The position numbers and the translations under genes were made by a program. 64,000 nucleotides of DNA, taken from positions 64,390-128,389 of the forward strand of contig JADFXT010000007.1 in NCBI GenBank assembly GCA_015233405.1. Reading direction: 5' to 3'. The stretch comes from Candidatus Omnitrophota bacterium. Its GTDB lineage: Bacteria; Omnitrophota; Gorgyraeia; Zapsychrales; Zapsychraceae. Positions within the stretch are counted from its first letter, which is position 1; each line of letters begins with the position of its first letter. The notes beneath the pieces are model-generated. The model worked only from the letters and a program-made list of their open reading frames with translations, was not told where the DNA came from and searched no databases. Below, in pieces: positions 45,391-53,440 of this stretch.

Positions 45391-46518
45391 GTGATGAATA
45401 AAATTTTAATTATTGGAGGCGGTTTTGGCGGCGTGGCCGCGGCCAAAAAGCTTTGCCACTCGGGACTTTTCATCGACGGGATCCTTATTGATAAAAAATT
45501 GAGTTCTGATTTTTTACCAACCTTGCCGGATTGTCTGGGACGAGGCATCCCGCCAGAGTGTCTGTCGTATCCTTTAAATGATTTCTGCCAGAGAAACGGC
45601 TTTCAATTCGTTAATGACGAGGTGACGGCGGTTGATCTTGAAAAGAAAGAAGTCATGACCAAAAACAGCGTTTTAAATTATGATTATCTTGTTATCGCCA
45701 GTGGCAGCGAAACGAATTTTTACGGGAATGACAATATTAGATCCAACGCCCTTAAGCTCGACGATTGCGTGGATGCCGAGAAAATGATTGGTATACTCAA
45801 TCAGCGCGATGTTGATCATTTTATTATTGGCGGCGGTGGATATACTGGCATAGAAGTCGCGACGAATTTAAGGATGTTTTTAGATAAGAAACATAGAAGC
45901 GGCAAGATTATCATCGTCGAGCGCGCCGCGTCTATTTTAGGTGCTCTCCCTGCTTGGATGAAAGATTATACGGCGGAAAATTTAAAAAGATTGGACGTGG
46001 AAGTTTTTATTAATAATTCAATTGGTAACATAGACGGTCGGAAAGTCACATTAGCCGACGGAAAAGTTTTTGACTCCGCGCTTGTCATTTGGGCTGCAGG
46101 TGTTAAGACTGCCGGATTTATCAATGATCTGAAGGTAGAAAAAAATCCGCAAGGCAGAATCAAGGTCGACGACTTTCTGCGGTTAAACGACCGATGTTTT
46201 GCCGTTGGGGATGCGGGCTATTTTGTTTACAAAGACGTTTCTTTAAGAATGGCGGTCCAGTTTGCCATCGTCCAGGGACAGTGCGCGGCAGACAATATCA
46301 TAAGAACAATTAAAGGGCAAAAGTTAAGGCCATATCAGCCAAGAGATCTGGGCTTTATTATCCCGATGGCTAATAATAAATCCTGCGGCACGATATTCGG
46401 GTTTGATCTTAAAGGGATTTTGCCGACGTTGTTTCATTTTTTTATGTGTCTTTACCGATCTCAGACCTGGAAAAACAGGTTTTGTCTTGCAAAGGCTTTT
46501 ATCAAGCCGGGAAAATAG
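45391..46518 (+). CDS. FAD-dependent pyridine-nucleotide-disulfide oxidoreductase (type II NADH dehydrogenase/SQR-like)
   Basis: 'ILIIGGGFGGVAAAKKL', a second Rossmann 'FIIGGGGYTGIEVA', and 'FAVGDA'. Confidence 0.7.
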   Translation: MMNKILIIGGGFGGVAAAKKLCHSGLFIDGILIDKKLSSDFLPTLPDCLGRGIPPECLSYPLNDFCQRNGFQFVNDEVTAVDLEKKEVMTKNSVLNYDYLVIASGSETNFYGNDNIRSNALKLDDCVDAEKMIGILNQRDVDHFIIGGGGYTGIEVATNLRMFLDKKHRSGKIIIVERAASILGALPAWMKDYTAENLKRLDVEVFINNSIGNIDGRKVTLADGKVFDSALVIWAAGVKTAGFINDLKVEKNPQGRIKVDDFLRLNDRCFAVGDAGYFVYKDVSLRMAVQFAIVQGQCAADNIIRTIKGQKLRPYQPRDLGFIIPMANNKSCGTIFGFDLKGILPTLFHFFMCLYRSQTWKNRFCLAKAFIKPGK

Positions 46519-46532
46519 CCCCATATTTTAAA

Positions 46533-46558
46533 GTAGAAAAAAGATAGAAAAAAGTGGA
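46533..46558 (+). promoter_or_regulatory. A-rich upstream box, copy 4
   Basis: 'GTAGAAAAAAGATAGAAAAAAGTGGA'. TATAAT at 46591, 58 nt from the box start. Confidence 0.5.
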
Positions 46559-46617
46559 ATGGCTTCCTATTTATTAGTTTACTTATTATTTATAATAAGT
46601 TAAAGGATGTGATTTCT

Positions 46618-47967
46618 ATGGATGAGGTCAGAATCAATCTGGAAGAAAATCTCTTAGACCGATTAAAGGGTAAGATTACGCTTACCCAATCGGTTAAAAC
46701 CAAAGAGAAGATTATTTTAAATGCTTTTCTAGAATTTTGTAATGTGCTAGAGAACCAAAAATGTGAGGAGAGGGAAAAATATCTTAAAGATGAGAATAGC
46801 AAAACAGCTTTTGCGACGGGATTTCAAAGTTATGGAATCATCGACTCTTTATTGGATGACCCGAATGTGGAAGATATTATCATTAACGGTGCCGAGCCGA
46901 TCTATGTTCATCATTCGCTGGAAGGATTAAAAGAGACGGGTAAACAGTTTGCGAACGCGCGTGAATTAGACCTTTTAATCAAGAAGATATTAACCTTTGC
47001 CGGCAAGGAGAATTTAAAAAAGATCAACAATATCGATTTGCCCGGGATGCGCGGCCGGGTGAATATTATTTATTCTCCTTTAGGCCCGGAGTTGACGATC
47101 ACTAAAATGAAGTCGAGGCCGTTGAGCATTATTGATCTGATTGAGAAAGGCACTTTAAATACGGAGATCGCAGCGCATTTGTGGCTTTATATCGAAGGAA
47201 TGGGTGTGAAGCTCGCGAACATTCTGATTTCCGGCGGGCCGGGAAGCGGAAAGACCACGCTCTTAAATGCCTTGCTCAGTTTTGTTCCCAATGCGCAGCA
47301 TATTGTTGTGATTGAAGATTCTCTGGAGCTTGTGACCAATTGGATCGGCAATGTTTCCCGACTTGAAAGCGACGAGGATTTGTCTTTGGCCGACTTGGTC
47401 AAAAATAGTCTCCGGATGAGGCCGGACCGCATTATCGTCGGAGAAGTACGAGGCAGTGAAGCGGAAGACATGATCACGGCCATGAACATCGGCAAATATT
47501 GTATGGCGACCATTCATGCCAGTACGGTACGGGAAACGATCTTTCGCCTACAAAGTAATCCGATGAACATCCCGGAGACACTCATCAACCTCGTCGATGT
47601 TTTTATCGTGATGCGTAAGATGGTCGTTGGACATCAGATTTTCCGTGTGGTGGACGAAATTGCGGAATCTGCGGGTTTGGAACAAAAGGTTGTCTTGATT
47701 TCACCTTTATGGAAATACGATTCCGCAGCACAGGTCATTAATCATCTTAGCCCGACGACGGTTTACAGGGACCGGTTGAGCCGTGCCAGCGGACTAAACG
47801 GCAAGAACATTTTTGATGAAATCAATCAACGAAAAGATTTTTTAGAAATGTTAAGACAAGCAGATGTTCATTTGATCCAAGACGTTTCGCATTATTGCGA
47901 ATCCTATATTCAAGACCCGGAAATCGCTTTGCGCCAAGTAAGCACGCTTAAGGAAAAGTCCTCATGA
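46618..47967 (+). CDS. Type II/IV secretion-family ATPase (CpaF/TadA/FlaI-like)
   Basis: 'VEDIIINGAEPIYV', Walker A 'ISGGPGSGKTTLLNALL', 'VIEDSLEL' and 'LRMRPDRIIVGEVRGSEA'. An alternative GTG start at 46609 is possible. Confidence 0.8.
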   Translation: MDEVRINLEENLLDRLKGKITLTQSVKTKEKIILNAFLEFCNVLENQKCEEREKYLKDENSKTAFATGFQSYGIIDSLLDDPNVEDIIINGAEPIYVHHSLEGLKETGKQFANARELDLLIKKILTFAGKENLKKINNIDLPGMRGRVNIIYSPLGPELTITKMKSRPLSIIDLIEKGTLNTEIAAHLWLYIEGMGVKLANILISGGPGSGKTTLLNALLSFVPNAQHIVVIEDSLELVTNWIGNVSRLESDEDLSLADLVKNSLRMRPDRIIVGEVRGSEAEDMITAMNIGKYCMATIHASTVRETIFRLQSNPMNIPETLINLVDVFIVMRKMVVGHQIFRVVDEIAESAGLEQKVVLISPLWKYDSAAQVINHLSPTTVYRDRLSRASGLNGKNIFDEINQRKDFLEMLRQADVHLIQDVSHYCESYIQDPEIALRQVSTLKEKSS

Positions 47968-48845
47968 AATCCTATCCTGTCTTTGAAGATCTTCGATTCG
48001 AAGACCTTGCCATTTTTAATAAAGAATTTTTGGATAACCCGCCGAGCATTTCTGAATATACCTTTACCAATCTTTACGCCTGGAGAGAACCTTATAAATT
48101 GAAAGCTTGCCTTTTGGGACGTTTCATTATTTTGCGTTCTGAAGCAGGGCCGCAGATGCGGTTTTTTGATCCCATTGGCACAGGAGATAAAAAAAGTGTA
48201 ATGGAAGAGATTTTTCAAAAGGATAACGGAATTTTTGTCCGTCTTCCGGAGGAGACAATCGCTTTATTTTCCAACGATCCACGTTTTCAAGTCGGGCTTG
48301 ATCGGGATAATTCTGATTATTTGTATAAGGCCGAAGAGCTCATTACGCTTCAGGGGGCAAAATACGACGGGAAAAGGAACAGAATTAAAAAATTTCGGTC
48401 AACTTGTGGTTATGAATATATCCCCATGACAGCGATGAATGCCCAAGAATGCATGGCGTATGAAGACCAGTGGTGCATCCTTAAAAATTGTGATGGCGTT
48501 GAAGGGTTGAGCCATGAACGGCAAGCCATACGTGAAATGACCAAGCATTTTTTGGACTTTGAGCTCGTCGGAGGAGCCATCAAAATAGAAGGGATGATCC
48601 GCGCGGTTGCCTTGGCCCAAAGATTGAATCCTGAGACGCTCGTCATGCATGTGTTAAAAGCGGATGCGACTTTAAGCGGATTATATCAGACCATGTTGCA
48701 TGAATTCTTATCGCGAGAAGCCGGGAATTATCTTTATGTTAATTTTGAACAGGACCTTGGCGAAGCAGGACTGCGAAAATCCAAACAATCGTATCACCCT
48801 CTTAAGATGATTCAAAAATATACCCTTATCCCCACACTCGTTTAA
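47964..48845 (+). CDS. DUF2156-family protein (MprF C-terminal, aminoacyl-tRNA-transferase-like GNAT fold)
   Basis: 'EYTFTNLYAWRE', 'DRDNSDYLYKAEELITLQGAKYDGKRNRIKKF', 'VMHVLKAD...GLYQ' and 'YVNFEQDLGEAGLRKSKQSYHP'. 4-nt ATGA overlap with the ATPase. Confidence 0.65.
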   Translation: MKSYPVFEDLRFEDLAIFNKEFLDNPPSISEYTFTNLYAWREPYKLKACLLGRFIILRSEAGPQMRFFDPIGTGDKKSVMEEIFQKDNGIFVRLPEETIALFSNDPRFQVGLDRDNSDYLYKAEELITLQGAKYDGKRNRIKKFRSTCGYEYIPMTAMNAQECMAYEDQWCILKNCDGVEGLSHERQAIREMTKHFLDFELVGGAIKIEGMIRAVALAQRLNPETLVMHVLKADATLSGLYQTMLHEFLSREAGNYLYVNFEQDLGEAGLRKSKQSYHPLKMIQKYTLIPTLV

Positions 48846-48871
48846 AATCCTCTCATTTTTAATTTTGTTAA

Positions 48872-48897
48872 GTAGATAAAGGTCAATAAAAAGCGGA
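48872..48897 (+). promoter_or_regulatory. A-rich upstream box, copy 5 (degenerate)
   Basis: 'GTAGATAAAGGTCAATAAAAAGCGGA'. A -10-like TATGCT at 48929, 57 nt from the box start. Confidence 0.4.
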
Positions 48898-48991
48898 ATC
48901 CGCTCATTCACAGACTTTTTAGAAAGAGTATGCTAAGTATTAAAGACTTTATAAGAATATAAGATTTTATTATTAGAGAAAAGAGGAAAAA

Positions 48992-49408
48992 ATGGCTAAT
49001 AAGAAGGTGATGATCGTCGATGACGACAAAGAATTTTTAGAAGAGCTTGATGAGGCTTTGCGGCTAAGCGATTTTGACAGCATTGTGATTAATAATCCTA
49101 ATTTAGCTTTGAAGAAAGCTGTGTTGGAAAAGCCAGATGCCATTTTACTTGATTTAAGAATGCCCGGGAAAAGTGGGTTTTTGCTTGCGGATGAGATAAA
49201 GAATTCTTCTCAATTGACTGGCACTCCGATTATTGCGATGAGCGGGTATTTTAAAAAAGATGCGAGTGATTTTTTTAGTGTTTATGGGATCGTTGATTAT
49301 ATTTCTAAACCGTTTGACCCATTGGAAGTTGTGAGCAAGATAGAAAAAGTCTTGGAAAAAACAATGGGCGCCAAAACAAAAAAGTTGTTGGATGAACATA
49401 AAAAGTAG
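48992..49408 (+). CDS. Single-domain response regulator (CheY-like)
   Basis: 'VMIVDDDKEFLEEL', 'PDAILLDLRMPGKSG', 'IIAMSG' and 'YISKPF'. Confidence 0.8.
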   Translation: MANKKVMIVDDDKEFLEELDEALRLSDFDSIVINNPNLALKKAVLEKPDAILLDLRMPGKSGFLLADEIKNSSQLTGTPIIAMSGYFKKDASDFFSVYGIVDYISKPFDPLEVVSKIEKVLEKTMGAKTKKLLDEHKK

Positions 49409-49434
49409 CGGGTAATTTTAACGAGGAGGATCAT

Positions 49435-49599
49435 ATGATAAAGCTTAAGAATGGACAAAAATTGGCCTGTGAGCCTTGCGGAAGAGAAGTTATTATTGAT
49501 GCTTGTGGCGCTTCAGAGAGCGTCTTATGGTGTTGCAATCAACCAATGATACAGAAAGAAAAAAAGAAGACCGCAAAGAAGGCGCCAAAAAAGAAATAA
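49435..49599 (+). CDS. Desulforedoxin-like small Cys4 protein with a Lys-rich tail (below the ORF-track size cutoff)
   Basis: 54 codons, RBS GAGGAGGA 6 nt upstream. 'LACEPCGREVII....VLWCCNQPM' fits the C-x2-C...C-C desulforedoxin/Dfx N-domain pattern. Confidence 0.55.
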   Translation: MIKLKNGQKLACEPCGREVIIDACGASESVLWCCNQPMIQKEKKKTAKKAPKKK

Positions 49600-49677
49600 T
49601 CCTAAGTTTTGTGGGGCCGGTAAAGGATGCCCTAAGCAAAATGAAGGATAAAGTATTAGACGAGCGGAGGTGTCGAG

Positions 49678-49863
49678 ATGAAGGTTTTAGTCGATAAAGA
49701 CGCGTGTATTGGTTGCGGTTTTTGCACGCAAGTCTGTCCTCAGGTATTTAAAATGGAAGATGATAAAGCAATTGTCTATGTCAGCATTATTCCTCACGAA
49801 GCTGAGGACTGTTGTAAAGAAGCCGTAGAAGATTGCCCAGTCAAGGCGATAATGGTGGAATAA
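49678..49863 (+). CDS. Small ferredoxin (single [4Fe-4S]/[3Fe-4S] type)
   Basis: 'VDKDACIGCGFCTQVCPQVF....EAVEDCPVKAI'. Confidence 0.8.
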   Translation: MKVLVDKDACIGCGFCTQVCPQVFKMEDDKAIVYVSIIPHEAEDCCKEAVEDCPVKAIMVE

Positions 49864-49906
49864 TTATTTATAGTAAATCGTGGGAAAATAAATCAGGAGG
49901 CATTTT

Positions 49907-50290
49907 ATGGGAATGAGATTAATAGGATTATTCGCTATCGTGCCAATTTCCGTTCTTTTAACGATCAGCTTTTTCGTATTATTTGCGGTACGTAAGGTTG
50001 AAATTCATGGCCTTAAGGCCTTCGGATATGTTGTCAGCGCCCTTTTGTGGATGGCGGCATTACTTCTTTTTTCCGGAGGGATTTATATGCTTTCGACCGG
50101 TCATCATCCGATGTCTGGCATGATGAAAGAAATGATGGGCAGCTCCAAATGTGAGATGAGGAAACATGAGATGATGGAGCGTGAAATGGCGGAGCATGAG
50201 ATGGCCGAGCATAAAATGATGGAGCCCAAGATGCCGGAATCCATGAAAGGCCCATGCCCTATGATGATGAAAAAAGAAGAAAAGAAGTAA
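49907..50290 (+). CDS. Two-TM membrane protein with a Met/His/Glu-rich repetitive tail (possible Cu(I)-binding)
   Basis: 'HHPMSGMMKEMMGSSKCEMRKHEMMEREMAEHEMAEHKMMEPKMPESMKGPCPMMMKK'. Function is an inference from composition only. Confidence 0.45.
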   Translation: MGMRLIGLFAIVPISVLLTISFFVLFAVRKVEIHGLKAFGYVVSALLWMAALLLFSGGIYMLSTGHHPMSGMMKEMMGSSKCEMRKHEMMEREMAEHEMAEHKMMEPKMPESMKGPCPMMMKKEEKK

Positions 50291-50347
50291 CTGAAAATAT
50301 GCCAAGAAAGACAACGTGAATTTCCAAATGAATGGAAAGGGTCTATC

Positions 50348-51199
50348 ATGCTTCGAAAAATAACTTTTAAGGGCAATCCCCTTACGCTCGTTGGAAGGAA
50401 AATAAAAATTGGAGATCCTGCTCCGGATTTTAAAGTAGTATTGCAAGACCTAACGGTCTTGGGGATTTCTGCTTTTTCTTCAAAAATTAAAGTCCTTACA
50501 AGCTTTCCCTCGCTGGATACTCCTGTTTGCGATCTTCAAGTTAAGGAATTTAACCGTAAAGCTTTGAATGCCTCTAAGGATGTCATGGTGGTTGGCATCA
50601 GCAAGGACTTGCCGTTTGCCCAAAAAAGATTTTGTTTGGCACATGATATAAACAATATTGTGATTGTTTCAGATTATAGAACGTCATCTTTTGGAATTAA
50701 CTATGGACTTCTGATCAAAGAATTAAATCTTCTGGCGCGTAGCATTCTCATTGTGGACCAGGACAACATTGTGCGTTATATCCAGGTGGTGGAAGAATTG
50801 ACCAATGCGCCTGATTATGAAGATGCTATAAAAAACTTAGAGCTTGTGAGGAAGAATCCCAAGCTTGCCGATAACAAAAATGTCCTTTCTCGATGCCGGC
50901 CCTGCGAAGGAAGGGCCGCTGCGCTTTCTAAACAAAATGCTGAAGGCCTTCTTGGGAAAATAGACGGTTGGCAGTTGGTGGAGGACAAAAAGATCGTCAA
51001 AGAGTTTATTTTTAAAGATTTTATAGAAGCTAAATATTTCTTAGACCTTGTTTCTGTTGTGGCGGAAGAACAGGCGCATCATCCGACCTTGACGCTGATT
51101 TACAATAAATTAAAAGTCACTCTAACGACACATGCCGTGGGCGGTTTAAGCGAGAATGATTTTATCATGGCAAGAATGATTGACGAACTTTGCGCATAG
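50348..51199 (+). CDS. tpx: Fusion of thiol peroxidase (Tpx) and pterin-4a-carbinolamine dehydratase (PCD/DCoH)
   Basis: The N-half has 'PAPDFKVV', 'LTSFPSLDTPVCDLQVKEFN' and 'FCLAH'. The C-half has 'GWQLVEDKKIVKEFIFKDFIEAKYFLDLVSVVAEEQAHHPTLTLIYNKLKVTLTTH'. Confidence 0.75.
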   Translation: MLRKITFKGNPLTLVGRKIKIGDPAPDFKVVLQDLTVLGISAFSSKIKVLTSFPSLDTPVCDLQVKEFNRKALNASKDVMVVGISKDLPFAQKRFCLAHDINNIVIVSDYRTSSFGINYGLLIKELNLLARSILIVDQDNIVRYIQVVEELTNAPDYEDAIKNLELVRKNPKLADNKNVLSRCRPCEGRAAALSKQNAEGLLGKIDGWQLVEDKKIVKEFIFKDFIEAKYFLDLVSVVAEEQAHHPTLTLIYNKLKVTLTTHAVGGLSENDFIMARMIDELCA

Positions 51200-51231
51200 A
51201 AGAACAGAACGGGGAAAAAGAAAGATTTAGG

Positions 51232-52200
51232 ATGAAAAGCGAGGAAGCGATGAATGCGCTTAAGCCCAAAGTTTCTATTATCGGAGCGGGCAGCGTCGGA
51301 AGCACATTTGCCTATACGCTCATGATGAGTGGTTTAGCCAGAGAAATTGTTCTGATCGACAAAGACGAGTTGCGTGCCCAAGGCGAGTGTATGGATTTAA
51401 ATCACGGATTAAGTTTTGCACGTCCCGCGAAAATTTATGCTGCGGGATTTGAAGGGTGCGCGGAATCCGACATCGTTGTTGTTACAGCTGGCGCGAAACA
51501 AATCCCGGGGCAAACCCGAATCGATTTGTGTCAGAAAAATGTCGAGATATTTAAAGGCATCATTCCTTCCATTGTGCGGTATGCCCCCGAATCCATTCTT
51601 TTAGTTGTCTCTAATCCCGTCGATATATTGACCTATGTGACCATGAAAATTTCCGGATTCCCTAGCTCAAAGGTCATAGGGTCCGGAACGGTTCTCGACA
51701 GTTCTCGATTTAAATATTTAATCAGCGAGCATTGTAAAACGGACCCGAGAAATATTCATGCGTATATTATTGGAGAGCATGGTGACAGTGAACTTCCCGT
51801 CTGGAGTAATGCGAATATTGGCGGCATGCTTCTGGAAAAATATTGCCTGATTTGTAATCACCTTTGCGATAATAAAGTCGCATGGGACAATATTTTTGAG
51901 GAGGTCAAGACGGCGGCGTATAAAATCATTGAAGCCAAAGGCGGAACGTATTATGCTATTGCGTTGGCTTTGGGGCGCATTGTCGAAGCGATCTTGCGGG
52001 ATGAAAATTCCATTTTACCTGTTTCAACGCTCATTAATGGTTATTATGGCGTTAACGATGTTTGTTTGAGCATCCCCTCAAAGGTTAACCGAAGTGGCGT
52101 CGAGAATTTTTTAGCGCTCGAATTGTCCGATGTCGAGCAGAAGCAGTTTAAGCATTCAGCGGATACGCTTCAAGAGATCATCAAACATATTCAGTTCTAA
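51232..52200 (+). CDS. ldh: L-lactate dehydrogenase
   Basis: 'KVSIIGAGSVGSTFAY', 'ITAGAKQ'-like 'VVTAGAKQIPGQTR', 'SNPVDIL' and 'GEHGDSELPVWS'. The ATG at 51232 is preferred over the TTG at 51190. Confidence 0.85.
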   Translation: MKSEEAMNALKPKVSIIGAGSVGSTFAYTLMMSGLAREIVLIDKDELRAQGECMDLNHGLSFARPAKIYAAGFEGCAESDIVVVTAGAKQIPGQTRIDLCQKNVEIFKGIIPSIVRYAPESILLVVSNPVDILTYVTMKISGFPSSKVIGSGTVLDSSRFKYLISEHCKTDPRNIHAYIIGEHGDSELPVWSNANIGGMLLEKYCLICNHLCDNKVAWDNIFEEVKTAAYKIIEAKGGTYYAIALALGRIVEAILRDENSILPVSTLINGYYGVNDVCLSIPSKVNRSGVENFLALELSDVEQKQFKHSADTLQEIIKHIQF

Positions 52201-52210
52201 AAGGAAAGGT

Positions 52211-52960
52211 ATGCTGAATTTCAAATCGGTTAAAACGCAGTTCATTCTGTATTTAGCCTGTTTTGCCGTTTTTTTGTCGATAAAGGACAAGGATTCGGCA
52301 TTTCTTTTAATGACAATGGTTGCTCTTGTTCTAAGCGTGGCCATAGAATCATTGATCGTTTATTGGAAAACAAAAACTCTTGAGATAACCGAAAGCTCTA
52401 TGATCACGGGGCTCATTATTGGTTTTGTGCTTTCAAGCGGCGAGCCGTGGTGGAAGTTTGTGGCCGCCTCGGCCTTAGCCATCGGTTCCAAGCAGTTTAT
52501 CCGTTTTAAGAAAAAGCATCTTTTTAATCCCGCGGCTTTCGGATTATTCTTGACGCTCATTCTACTTGCAGCGTCGAGCCAATGGAAGGGCACATATGTT
52601 TGGTATATTACAGTCCCGGCCGGGATTTATTTTGCTTATAAATTCAAGAAGCTGGAAGTCCTTCTTGGCTATGGAATCGTAGCCATCGTATTATTTGGAA
52701 CGCAGGCTTTATTACAAAAGGTCTTGTTCTGGAATATTTTTGGCTATTTCAGCTATTTTTATATTTTTGTCATGGCGATTGAACCGAAAACCACACCGAT
52801 TAAGCCAGTCGGAAAATATGTGTTTGGCTCCGGCGTGGCGATGCTAATTTTTATCCTTACACAAATAGGCGTGAGCTTTGACGTCGAACTCTTGAGCTTG
52901 TTGGCGATGAACACGGCCGTGCCGTTTTTAAATAACGTTTCATTAAAAAAGGAGAAGTAG
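52211..52960 (+). CDS. Polytopic membrane protein, weakly RnfD/NqrB-like
   Basis: 8 or more hydrophobic segments. 'KKHLFNPAAFGLFL' is reminiscent of the RnfD/NqrB family. The ATG at 52211 has an AAGGAAAGG RBS. Confidence 0.3.
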   Translation: MLNFKSVKTQFILYLACFAVFLSIKDKDSAFLLMTMVALVLSVAIESLIVYWKTKTLEITESSMITGLIIGFVLSSGEPWWKFVAASALAIGSKQFIRFKKKHLFNPAAFGLFLTLILLAASSQWKGTYVWYITVPAGIYFAYKFKKLEVLLGYGIVAIVLFGTQALLQKVLFWNIFGYFSYFYIFVMAIEPKTTPIKPVGKYVFGSGVAMLIFILTQIGVSFDVELLSLLAMNTAVPFLNNVSLKKEK

Positions 52961-52961
52961 C

Positions 52962-53318
52962 ATGAAGAAAATGTTTATGGTTTTTGCCCTTTTAATTTTC
53001 ATGGCCGCGGCATCAACCGCTTATGCGCATCCGCCGTCAGACATTAAGATCACATTTAATCCGTCGACAAAAATACTTACAGCCGCCATCATTCATAATA
53101 CAAGCAATCCTTCTAAACATTATATTAACAAGGTCGACGTTGGGTTAAACGGCAAAGATATTATTACGCAGATGATTTCTAAGGAAGATAATAATGCAAG
53201 CCAGACGGTCAGCTATCTTATCCCGGATGCGAAGGCCGGGGATATCCTCTCCGTAGAGGGACATTGCAGCATTAGCGGCGCCTTAAAGAAGGAAATCAGT
53301 GTCGCTATGGGACAATGA
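52962..53318 (+). CDS. Small secreted protein of unknown function
   Basis: Signal peptide ending 'AYA'. 'IIHNTSNPSKHYINKVDV' and 'GHCSISG'. A resemblance to the superoxide-reductase-fold 'H..HYI' region was noted but is unverified. Confidence 0.4.
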   Translation: MKKMFMVFALLIFMAAASTAYAHPPSDIKITFNPSTKILTAAIIHNTSNPSKHYINKVDVGLNGKDIITQMISKEDNNASQTVSYLIPDAKAGDILSVEGHCSISGALKKEISVAMGQ

Positions 53319-53440
53319 TTTTAGAAAAGAGGTAGAAAATATGGACGGTTTATTGCGGGATGAAACCATGATGATTTCAAACGGAATTTTAGATGATTTG
53401 ACGGTTATTGACAGAATCAGCTGGAATGAATAGGTAAATA

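Noticed and set aside
50034-50446. His/Leu-rich minus-strand ORFs (73, 128 and 90 aa) opposite the Met-rich protein.
   Set aside because: They are mirror-frame artefacts of the tandem GAGATG-rich repeats in the plus-strand gene. They have no RBS or independent support.
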